A stretch of 49,594 nucleotides of DNA, filler included, from Sphacelaria rigidula (lineage: Eukaryota): assembly GCA_964200075.2 (NCBI GenBank). It is 3 parts of 3 records of this genome, joined end to end, with 100 filler letters (N's around TTAATTAATTAA, not from the genome) between each part and the next. Parts side by side here need not be neighbours in the genome. Positions count along the whole stretch, not along the records: positions 16,570 to 33,034 come from CAXNAA020001349.1; positions 33,135 to 49,594 come from CAXNAA020001350.1; 1 more part is not named here. One strand, given 5' to 3'. Made by a program: the position numbers and the translations under genes. The notes below the pieces were generated by a model. It saw only the letters and a program-made list of their open reading frames with translations, was not told where the DNA came from and searched no databases. Below, piece by piece: positions 23,641-34,941 of this stretch (position 1 is its first letter; each line of letters starts with the position of its first letter).

Positions 23641-26600
23641 AATTTAGACGTCGCCGACACCCGACATCACCACAACATCACGGTTCCGGGTATAATTTGA
23701 TCCCCGTAGTAACCGTTTCAAAATACGTTTTTTTTCCGTTAGATTCCCGAGGCGATGGCGGTTACTAGGATTTAAAACATGTGGAGATTGAGTGAAGATT
23801 GGGTTTGGAATTCGTAATTTCGATCTCGGAACAATTCGGCGGGCGCTGATTGGTCGATATACCTTTTCGCCCTTAGCGCTACCACTATGGCCTTACACAC
23901 AAATCCGACTATGTCACGCTCTTCAGCTGCCCATGGCGGTCAGAATGATGTCATGTATGCGACTATTGGGTAGGTATTGCGAAAGGCATTTGCTGATGAC
24001 ACAATTTGTGGTGATGAACGTGAACCAGCCTGTATGACATTCAAAATTAAGGTAAACATCTTTCTCGCAATCTCTCTGTGAAACGGGTGGGGTTGTCGGA
24101 AAGGCAAGGAAGGGTGTCATCGATCGGTCCTGCCAGAACGCAGCAGCAGCAGCAGACACAGGTAAAACTTCCGGCTGTAGAAAGCTCAGTGCAAAACTTG
24201 CAGCACGCTTCCTGTCAGTTGTGTGCGCAGATATACTCACCACAACACTAGCTCTAGACTTCACAGACGGTGCGGTCGTGTACACTTCTAGCAGCACAGC
24301 AGGCGAATAGGTCGCTACCGGATTATTTCCACTCTTCACTTCGAAAGTGTGTATATCCGCAAACGGCAACCACCGTACTTGACCGCAACAGCTCAACCAC
24401 CACAACCGACGCACACACCGTCTGCGTAGATGGACACCGCGATACCACGGGGCTCCTTACTCTGCAACATGTCCCACGGTGCCATTGGCAAGGTTCCTCA
24501 TAGCTCTCGCACCCTTGCGAGCGCCACGGAGTGCTCACAGGGGGGCTCTGCGAAGTGTTGCGCTGCAGTCCGAAGTGTTCAGACGTCTCCTACCGTGAAG
24601 CTTCGGAGAAAATCTCAAGGCTCTTCATTTTCGGAGAACGCCGAACGCCGCGTCTGAAAACGCCAAATATTCAAAGGAAGGGCAATATACGAAATAGGGT
24701 ACACCCTGGTGCTTTTCGAACAATATAGAGTCACGTTTTGTTTCGGTTTGGAACACGGTGCTGCACGCGGTCTCAACACCTCGAAAAGATGTTGCAGCTC
24801 CTCAGCCCCACGCACAACGTGACTGGGTGGCATGCCGGACCTTTTATTTTTTTCACACGTGATTCTGGGCGAACCAGAAGATACAGTGTTTTGTGAGCGT
24901 ACAGTGTTTTGTGAGCGAATCAGGAGGGTACACCCTGTTCTCTGCTGAGAAAATATATTTTTATCTCTTTTTGTTCACGTGCGGGCCACTTCATGCTCAA
25001 GTGCCTACCCTTTTTAAGTACGTCTTGTGCGGGGTCATTTCGTTCTCTGAAGCTCTGAGAAGCCAGGGTGTCGTCTTTACTTACTTCTGGAATACATGTT
25101 TTCCGCTGATTCCTCTACGCTTGCAATTCGCTGGACATGAGCGTGCGTTCTGTTTCTGCTTGCAGATGGAGTATATCAGTTTTCCGCGCTGTGTTTTGCA
25201 TGGCCGTAGGGCGATACGGCGTTGCGACGCCTTTCGTTGAATTTCCTGTATCCATGTGTCAGCAGACCCTTCGACTGTCAGGGGTACCGTCGTTCATTTC
25301 GACCACTCTTCATTTGTGGAATCGGCATCGGTTTTTTCATGAAAATTGAGTCGGAATCACGCTCATTCGACGATCAGAAGACATTACCTAAAATCATGCC
25401 GCCGCTCTCCACTGAACAAAATCTTATAACTCTCGGGGCAGGGCTTGCACACTTCGGACGTGTTTTGATCTTACCTTGCACATATGTCTCAACTGTCCTT
25501 CTTATTTTCTGTCTCTGCACTGCTGCAGCTGGTGCTATTACGTATACGGCACACGCAAGTCCTGCGCATCATAAGTAGCCGGGTGCAACGTGCGCTTCAT
25601 TTCCAATGTGAAGCATCATCATCTCAACGGGTGCTGATCCTCTGTGTGCGTGTGTTTCGCGCGCGCGTCTCACACAAACCGTCGTTTTTCCTTCATTCTG
25701 AGCCGACTTGTGCCATGTCAAATACCACGTGCTCAGCTGATGAGCAGGTGGGGCCTTCTCTTCAAGGAATGCCACGTGTCATGACGCATCACCGGTCTCC
25801 ATGTATCTTGGCTGTTGGTCTGTTGAGCGTGTCGGTGAATGCCGCCAAAACCCTTGTGTATATTTCGCCCATACAGTATGTCGACAACCCGCGGTATACA
25901 ACATCTACTGGCTGAACACTATCCTGACGGAAAAGCGAGTCGGGATGTATGGAGCGAACAACGTGTGGACCGATTTAGGAATGCAATATGTATTGGCCGT
26001 ACATACAGCTTGCCACGAAAGACATCAAGGTATTCATTCGCACAGCATGTTCCTTCAGGAGATGCGCCGACCCATTTTGTCCGTATAAACATTACATGCC
26101 GGACAGGCGCAGTATGGATTGACGGCTCAAAATGTTTCATGCCCAAAAGGGGCAATCTGATGCCGGCGCAGTACGTTGTGCGTAAGTTAGTGCCATGTAC
26201 GTTGGACGTGAGTGGGTGCAGTGTGTATATTGGGTGTGTATTGTACGGGTGGGTCGATAGGTGCAACACTTGCCGACGAGAAATGATGATCGTGTGGTAG
26301 GTGGAATCCTTCGACACACCTCCAATTATATTCCCGATACATCCTCGGTATGTATTCTTCCTACACTCCACTACATCAACGGCCTGTGTTGTACACTATA
26401 TACACGTTTATATAAGATTAGGACGGCTCACGCTTCCGGCGGGGCCCCCTTTGCCGGGGGGGGGGGGGGAGGGGGGGTTGCCTCGCGGTTGGGCCGCTCG
26501 ATGACCAAACCATCATGTACAGTTGACCTGGTTGTTGGTTGCGCTACGCGCAACCACTTAACTGGTTAATAGTTGGACACTCGATTTCTGAGCTCTAAGG

Positions 26601-26993
26601 AAGGTGCTCTTCTTCGCTTCCGAATAACAGCAGGAAAATGTCATCAAATAAAATCAAAAAGAGAGATATCAAGAGAAAATAACCGGAACATCTGTCTCCC
26701 GAGTTGATCGGGGTTTTTGTATAAACACGCCCATCAGATCTGCTACTGTAGTAGACAGAAGAAGAAGGCAAAGGAATTAGCGATTTGAATAACTACCAAG
26801 CGAGGGTCGAATCAACAACCCCAGGCACCCTCGTCATTTTTCTACAAGGGCGTTTTTGTTCTTTTTTCACTATGCGTCGACAAAAATAACGTAGCATATT
26901 GTACCGCCGAGACTCAGAAGCAGGTCTACGTTTCTTGCGACGACGTCGGTAGCATTCGCGACATTCATCACTTTTCCACGCCTGCAAGCAATC

Positions 26994-28641
26994 CACATCC
27001 TGGGCTATACAATATGTAATATATTTGCCCGCTCAATATGTCGACGCGTCGGCTGATCAATATATTTTGGGCGATCAATATGATGGCACGAGAGGGGGTC
27101 AATATATATTTTGTCGTCAATATGTCAAGTCTCGCGACATGCGATATATGTCGACGACACGCGCCTCGTCAATATATATTGGCCTAGTAACATATTGGTG
27201 CGGTAAGGCACTGATGTATGTATATATATACATCGAGTAGTATAGCGGCGTTCACACGAGGTCAATATATGTTGATGATTCAATATACCCAACACCCGAA
27301 GCGCCAATATATATTGCTCATCCGATATGTGCGTCAATAGATCCCAATATATATTGGGCGGACAGTACACGATGTACGGGACGGTCACAATACATATTGG
27401 TGTAGCAATACGTTTTATTAATTTTCAACATGTAGATTGGAAAGTGTGTTGAAATTAGCATAGTCGGCAGTTCTATGTTCGCGGCCGCCATTGAAAGATG
27501 TATCACCACATGCCGAAAACGCTCAAGATATTCCTCCGCAAGCGTGTTCAATATATATTGGCTGCACAAAAGCTATGCGATGAGCTTGCGCAATATGTAC
27601 CGGAAAAACAATATTTTTGCATGGTGTGCCTTCAATATTCACCATGGTGACAACATGTTACGCATGACTTCGACTCAATATATATTGACACTTCGATACA
27701 TACACGGCCGGCATGCATAATATATATTGAATGTTTCGTTCCCGGAGCAAATGTTTGTCCAAAATATATTGTCGTGCATTACTTCACGATCATGACACGA
27801 GAAATATATAATGTTGCTTCAATGTCTCCGAGGACATCTCAACACAAAATGTATTGAAATAGCAGTATTTGTGCTTTCTCCAACACAAAGTATTGGTACC
27901 ATGTTGGAACATATTGTACCGTCCAGGGTATAAACAACACAACACCGGTGACCAGGGGAGTACCAAAAGACGCATATCGACCGGCGTTTTCTGTCGTCGT
28001 GGTGTTTACCGAAGATATATTAACTGCTGTGAAGGGGATGGGCGGCCTCGTACCGGTACACAGATAGATATCAAAAGGCATTGATACCGTGTCGCCTCTT
28101 GCCACCATATTTTCTGACCAGTATATGTATATGTATATATATATGTCAAACGCATTCGACAACTCTTCGCAGCAATGCACGCGAACATCTGCGACTCCCT
28201 TCGAAGCTTTTCCCAATCTGCATGGGCTCCCGCATCCACCCCGACTGGATTTTCCTCAAGTGTACACCATGCTTACGATAATATCAGATATGTATGTTGA
28301 CTAGCCAATACATTGACACCCGAGCAGACCCAATATATATATATATATATTGATGGAACAACATGTTTTCAACCCCAGGGTACCAATATATAGTGGTGGT
28401 GCAATATGCCGTCGTCCACACTGCCCCAATATATATTGGACAATGTGTCTTCAATTCCACAGTACCAATGTATATTCGGCGAGCAATATGTATGCAGTCC
28501 CACGACATCAATATATAGTGGGCGCGCAATACGTGGGCAGTCCAAGGGTACCAATATACATATTACGCGGGCAATATATCACAAAATTCCAATATGGTCG
28601 ACTAATATATATTGAAAACATATTGTATCGTCCAGGGTGTG
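26994..28641. mobile_element. CAC...GTG TIR element(s) filled with phased CAATATATATTG repeats
   Basis: Left CACATCCTGGGCTATACAATATGT matches the reverse complement of the right end, CACACCCTGGACGATACAATATGT, at 21/24. A second right-end copy lies at ~27910-27930. Internal units of ~39-43 bp contain CAATATATATTG and CAATATG. No clear TSD. Confidence 0.65.
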
Positions 28642-31600
28642 AAGCAATCACACAGTAGCGGCCGATTATCCTCACGTATTCTCAACCGTCTACTCGCCAA
28701 CCCTCCCGTCGAAACCGATATCTAAAACGTCTGCTTTATGCTTCCCGAGCGGTTGTTTTTACTACACCGGCAACTGCACCGCTGCCGGTACACATGATGA
28801 ACAATGCTCTTCTCAGCCTCCGTATGAACTCAAAAACACGAACCACAACACAAAAGGAGAGCTTGGCTGTCGATAGCGCTGCACCTCGAACTGTGTTCAC
28901 CTCAACTCCGTGACTCGCTGAAAAAAGCACCGCAGCCGGCCGAAGGGCGGCAAGGGCTTCTATAGGATAATATAACAATGTCCTTGGCATGGTTTGTACT
29001 CGACGTATATTTTCTCATCACTATGTTCTCATATATTCTCTTGATTCGATATACCGATTCGTCGATATATCCACAGCCGTCGGAGGGGGTACATGTTAAA
29101 ACATGTTGCTCGGGAGGCAACCTCGTGTCCAGCACATGCCGACACGAATCCAACGTGGGTTACGGCATCTTTACTGCCAATTACAGCACACGTCAAGACC
29201 CGGATGGATGCTGTCTACGATGCAAAGTATGGACATGTATCGAAAACCGCATCGATCCGTGTAGGGTGTGGCTCCTACTCACCGTTTTGTATCTTCCGAG
29301 GGCAAGTAGGCAGGGCATGGCATAATGAGGGTAGGTTACATGGTTGTTGTCTGTGGAGAAGCGCTTTTGCAGGATGGTATCAGAAGAACTGATTGTACGC
29401 CAGCGGTGATATCATCATTGGCAACCAGAGACGTGTAACACCGTGTGGTCGGCATGGGAACAACTTATCAGACACGATTGCAGTCAGCCTCAGTCACGTC
29501 GAACAAGAGCGAGAACAAGAGTGGTCCATGTGATGGTAGGCTTGTAAGCACTTGTGTCTTCAACCGATTGTGTGTGCCCTATTTCAATCAACCTTTTATC
29601 AATCATTCCCTTCGCTCGAGTTCCCATAATTATTAGGGAGTGGTTGCGTTTTGTTTACCTTGGGTGCATCTGTCTTGTGACCACGCCTCGATTTCTCGGG
29701 AATCACTGAGTGTGCGACAATCGAACACAGAGAGCCCATATGCGGCCTTGGGGAGAAATGAACAAATGCCACCACATGTTCAAAGTAACCACGAACAAGA
29801 CGCCGAGGTCACAAGAACTTGTGTCTGTCGATCTGCTGATGTAACTTCCTCCCAACCGTTATTTCCGGTCTCGAGTTAGGGGCTGGATGCGATTTGATCC
29901 TAGAGTGATGTTTACACGTCCTGTGCACTCAGATGGAGGGTAGGTATGATGTGAAGGTGCTATCCTGTTTTGATCTTCTTGATTGGCGAGAGCGCCATTT
30001 TTTCGGGGACTAACGTGTCCAATGTGTTGGTGCAAAACATACTTCTTCTAGTGTGCTCTAGACTTGTGCTTTTCTGCTCCAAAACCTCGGTTCTAGTCCA
30101 CGCCAAACGATCCAACTTTATCACGACCATATACAGTGGGGTGTCCCGATCGCGTTGTTGTGATTTATCGTGACACACACGGAGGGCAGGGTATATGGCA
30201 TATCTCCCTGCACATGTGAAGCCATATTCATTCGCAAACTCGGCATCAACTCTCGAGGCATACTATGGAGGAACGTGAAGTAAATGGGGTGGTCCATCAT
30301 GCCTTCTTGGAAGATAGTCCATGTGTTGAGGACAGATGATGTGGTCATGCATTCGTTAGTAGCTGTCTACCAGAATTCATTGGGTCGTCATGTACCGGTG
30401 TTGATGCGGGAGTTGAGCTCCTTACAAACGCCAACCAACGCGAAATCGATGTCTTCAAGCATAGGCTTCACGCCTCAAGCGATACCGTGACTTTACTAGT
30501 TCCCCAGGGAATGGACAGTCCGTAGTCAGTAGACACTGGTACGTCCTACTCTTTCAACGAGCTAACTTGAGTGATTTTATTAGGCTAAATTTCGAAGTGT
30601 ATAGTCTAGCCATTCATGTTGTGTCTCCTGGTTGAGTTGAGTCTTTGTGTGCTGAGTAGATCCAGCATTCAGCAGGGCACTTACTATAGCTTCTCGCATG
30701 AAGAGGTAAACATGTCAGTGCGTGTCACTCTAGTCCTCATAACCGGTATTTCCCAGGTGGCTTCTCAGAACGTCGTCTTTCTGAGCTATCGCTTGGTGGA
30801 TCAGTCGATATTGACCGAGAGTAAAGTAGGATTTCATAAATTTTCGGTAGGGTTGCCGACTCATTCACGGGAAGATCATCTTCGGTTGTTCACCCCGTTT
30901 TTAGTAGTGTAGTTTCACGTGCTTGGTCGATCAGTTTCCGTACTCGTGTGCTGCATGCATGTCAACTGGCTGTGGAGACACTGACGGTTTGTAGCCATCC
31001 GTCGCCGAGGATCCTACCTGCCTTTTGAGGCCCGCAGCCGCCGGCCGGTTGTGTCAATACGCACCGATACATCGGCAGCACGTATTAATGCAGAAATTTG
31101 CAGAATGATACTTGTGATGACCTTAAAATCCTCTTAATCATACAACTTCGCACGATCAAATGGCGGGATTTTAGTGAAGGAAGTTGTAGAGACATTTGTG
31201 ATCTACATACATTTGAATTTCATGAGCTTCCCCCATTACGCAACTGACAACACGGAGGGGTGGGCTATAAATTCCTTGTAGAGGCTCGAGATCTTACTTT
31301 CAATCATGAAAAAAATACATCCCGTTGTGTGTGTGTTTTTTATCGATATTATTTACTCGTACTGCTGTTTTTGGCCGTAGTGTATGGCATTTGTTTGTGT
31401 TGCTTTTTACATGAGCTGCACCATCAAGTGGAGAATCCAGTGGAGAAAATATGCAGAGTTTTGCAAACTTCTATACCGGAGGAATCGTCAGCACTATGTT
31501 CTGTTTCGGAAATGGAACGTTTAACGAAGCAAATGCGTACCCGGTCTTATCACATAGTGGAGGCCCATGGAAGATATGCACAGCCTGTGTTCACCATTTT

Positions 31601-31839
31601 TCCTCGAAGTACTGTATATCGCGGTTGACGAACACTTGAAAATCTTGACGGCTTTTGAAACGTTTAATATTTTCAGGCAGCGTCAGGAACTGTCTGCCCC
31701 TCTTGTTCGGCTATGAGACGGTGAGACTGCTAGAAGCAGCCGAAAGTGTTGCGCAGGAGCCTCTCGCTTCACCAGCGTAGAGGTGGTACGAGCTTGGCAG
31801 TGCCCCTACAGGGGCTGCTTGAGATGACCATCAGATAGC

Positions 31840-33034
31840 GTGACGGGCGTCAACGTCCTGGAGGTGTTTGCGAAAAGGGTTTGGATGGACGATGAAGTCA
31901 GCAAGGAGTGCGACATCGATGAAGTAAGCGAGGAGTGCGGCACCGAGGGCTGCTTTAAGAAGCCATCGTACTCTGTAGTAGGAAGCCTGAAGGCGGAGTT
32001 CTGTGCCGCCCACGCCAGGTCCGGGATGATGGGTGTGAAGAGCAAGAAGTGTGGCCACAAGGACTGCTCTAAACAACCATCTTTCGGTGTAGCGAGAAGC
32101 CGGAAAAGGGAGTTTTGTGCCGAGCACGCCAGGCTGGGGATGGTCAATGTGAAAAACAGGGAGTGCGGCAACGAGGGCTGCTTTACACATCCGTCGTATG
32201 GTGTAGCGGGAACTCGGAAGGCGCAGTTCTGTGCCGCCCACGCGAGAGTGGGGATGGTCAATGTCGTGAGCGAGGAGTGCGGCAACGAGGGCTGCTCCAA
32301 ACTCTCCCCGTACGGTGTAGCGGGAAGTAGAAAAAGGGAGTTCTGTGCCGACCACGCCAGGCCGGGAATGATCGATGTAGTGAACAAGAAGTGCGGCAAC
32401 GAGAGCTGCTCCAAACTCTCCTCGTACGGTGTAGCGGGAAGTAGGAAAAGGGAGTTCTGTGCCGAGCACGCGAGGGTGGGGATGGTTGATGTGGTGAACA
32501 AGAAGTGCGGCAACGAGGGCTGCTCCAAACAGCTATCTTACGGTGTAGCAGGAACTCGGAAGGCGCAGCTCTGTGCCGACCACGCGAGGGTGGGGACGGT
32601 CGATGTAGCGAGCAAGAAGTGTGGCCACAAGGACTGCTCGAAACAACCATCTTACGGTGTAGCCGGAAGCCGGGAAAGGGAGTTCTGTGCTGAGCACGCC
32701 AGGCTGGGGATGGTGGATGTAAGGAACAAGACGTGCGGCAACGAGGGCTGCTCTAAACGACCATCGTTTGGTGTATCGGGAAGTCGGCAGGCGCAGTTCT
32801 GTGCCGACCACGCGAGCGTGGGGATGGAAAATGTAGTGAAAAAAAAGTGCGCCAACGAGAGCTGCTCGAAACTCCCGTCGTACGGTGTAGCAGAAAGTAG
32901 GAAAAGGGAGTTCTGTGCCGAGCACGCCAGGCCGGGGATGGTCGATGTAATGAACAAGAAGTGTGGCCACAAGGACTGCTCGAAACAACCATCTTACGGT
33001 GTAGCCGGAAGTCGGAAGGCGCAGGACTGTAACG
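31840..33034 (+). CDS. EsV-1-7 cysteine-rich repeat protein, partial (truncated at contig end)
   Basis: Nine complete 38-aa (114-bp) repeats plus a partial tenth, starting at 31936. Pattern C-x4-C-x16-C-x2-H, consensus CGNEGCSKxPSYGVAGSRKxEFCAEHARxGMVDVxNKK. No stops or indels in the array. First in-frame ATG at 31885; true start unknown. Confidence 0.9.
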
Positions 33035-33134
33035 NNNNNNNNNNNNNNNNNNNNNNNNNNNNNNNNNNNNNNNNNNNNTTAATTAATTAANNNNNNNNNN
33101 NNNNNNNNNNNNNNNNNNNNNNNNNNNNNNNNNN
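33035..33134. other. Artificial contig linker
   Basis: 44 N + TTAATTAATTAA + 44 N. Confidence 0.98.
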
Positions 33135-33135
33135 C

Positions 33136-33227
<92 letters not shown>

Positions 33228-33228
33228 C
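33135..33228. repeat. (CAA)n microsatellite at contig start
   Basis: About 31 perfect CAA/AAC units. Confidence 0.95.
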
Positions 33229-33426
33229 GATAACAACACTATTCCCAGCTCCAACGTCCACGTCATCTCCGACGCCATTGCAGCCCAAATCAAGCCTGCC
33301 AACATCATCGACCAGACAAAGCCGAAACCACGACCACACGTGCGCTTGAGAGATCCCCTACCCAAGACTACTCCACTGTGGCGACCTAGGACAGCTGCGG
33401 GGGATAATGCGGTTGAAGCAGAAACG
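33136..33426 (+). CDS. Candidate upstream exon (poly-Asn plus low complexity) of the RRM gene, 5' truncated
   Basis: Open AAC frame N(n)DNNTIPSSNVHVISDAIAAQIKP...DNAVEAET ends at a phase-0 donor ACG|GTAAGC. It joins in frame to the 43830 exon, giving EAET-MFLGNLP. Confidence 0.5.
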
Positions 33427-33899
33427 GTAAGCAAGCAATCTCGAATTGAACGAAGAAATCGAAAAGCGTTGAAATCAGATCGTATGGCCGAAAAAAAAGC
33501 GTAACCCGTCAGCACGAGACAACTGTCAAAATATAATTGTTCGCTGACCTTTTCAGCGCCGCTAACGCCGATTCTTGAGAGAAGCATATAGATACTCCAG
33601 TTTTTTTTTGCGAATCGTCATCCCAGCCTGGTTACAAAATATCGCCGTATTCCGCCGCCTGCAACCCCAACTCGTGTATCATGTTGTCAAATTGAAGTAA
33701 TTGTTTCTAACTCTCTTTCCTGTTGATCAAATAGGGATTTGCCTCTTCACTGCAAATATAGTGGAGATTTTCACTCATATATACGCCACTGCTGAGTTCT
33801 GTGGCTTGATTCTTATGCGCGCGAATGCTCAAGCAGTAAAATATCCAAATATGTTCACTGCGCAGTTTTCGTTGTTTTTTTATTTGTCACATTTTCAAT

Positions 33900-34120
33900 A
33901 GCTACCGTTCCTCGAGACGAATCCATAGTCTCCAGGGATCACCTCGTCTTTCCCCCGGTACCTGCCTAATACTGGTATGTTGGTATCGAGGATGAGATCA
34001 TGGCCAACCCTCCCGCACTACGTCAACTCTCCTTGTCGAATAAGTCATCTTCAGATGAAAGTTGCAATCTTGAATGCTTTACTAGAGATGTCAACGGCCA
34101 TACCGTAAGGCATACCAGGA
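33900..34120 (-). mobile_element. SINE-like family copy (body and tail)
   Basis: The reverse complement contains GAGAGTTGACGTAGTGCGGGAG and GGGGGAAAGACGAGGTGATCCCTGGAGACTATGGATTCGTCTCGAGGA. Confidence 0.6.
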
Positions 34121-34412
34121 AATCACCAAGAGATTGTTTGATATGTGAGTAAGGCGTTATACAATGACTTACATACACCCAGACAACGGTACCGAAGCGT
34201 GCAGAGCGCTGCAATATGTGCCCCGACGTGCCCCTTTGGCTACCAACAGTGTGTTGTTGTCGTTCTGAACATAATTTTTGGTGAAGGTGTTGCGGTGTTC
34301 GTTTCGACTTTCGTCGGACCGTCATACTTCATCCTTCGTGCTTACGCCATTCAACTGCAGCAACCTCCAAGGAACGCTGCACAACTCCCCCCCCCCAACA
34401 CACACACACACA

Positions 34413-34941
34413 CTAGTCCGGCGAGAACCCGGCGTGCTCCGTCCCGGCTTTGTAGGGCTGGACGCCCGATGGGGTTGGCGTCGGTTGGCGATGGCGCTAA
34501 AAAACGCGCCACTCACTGCGTAAGCTAGGTATCCAGGTTACCGATTTTGTTTTGCGCGCTTACGTTCTTTTTTGCGGTAATCATGATGGTGGTCGAGCTA
34601 AATCATGTTGTGAGGCGTGGGAGAACCTCAGTTCCGCACAAAGAAGATGATCATACTACGTCGTGTTCACATGGTGAGACACCCATGAGGCAGTGTGTAA
34701 GCCGCGGCTGTCTCTGGAAGTGGCGATACCAGATGATAAAGCAACTGACTGGAGGCTGTCATCCAAATGCAAGATAATCAGTACCCTTCGGGCCAAACAA
34801 TCTTAGCAGGATACAGGTCACCCTTCATGCGACTCGCCGGACACATCATCGACGCTTCGCGCTTGGTGATTGATTGCGAGCCTGGTCCGGCGAAAACCCT
34901 GCGTGCTCTGTCCCGGCTTTGTAGGGATGCGAGGTCGATGG
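34413..34941. repeat. Pair of ~60-bp direct repeats (34413-34472 and 34882-34941)
   Basis: CT(A/G)GTCCGGCGA(G/A)AACCC(G/T)GCGTGCTC(C/T)GTCCCGGCTTTGTAGGG occurs twice. Confidence 0.8.

Noticed and set aside
26994-28641. CRISPR array interpretation
   Set aside because: The repeats are only ~12 bp and degenerate, the spacers resemble each other, the array is TIR-bounded, no cas genes are present and the context is eukaryotic.
28900-30500. Possible decayed minus-strand coding region upstream of the EsV-1-7 gene (viral or TE relic)
   Set aside because: Fragmentary frames with no motif I can assign. No NCLDV hallmark genes were seen, so an integrated virus is not supported.
31806-32992. Several long antisense and alternate-frame ORFs over the EsV-1-7 array
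   Set aside because: They are shadows of a 114-bp repeat that lacks stops in other frames; no independent signal.
33079-33587. Poly-Val and poly-Leu minus-strand ORFs
   Set aside because: Antisense of the CAA microsatellite running into the linker.
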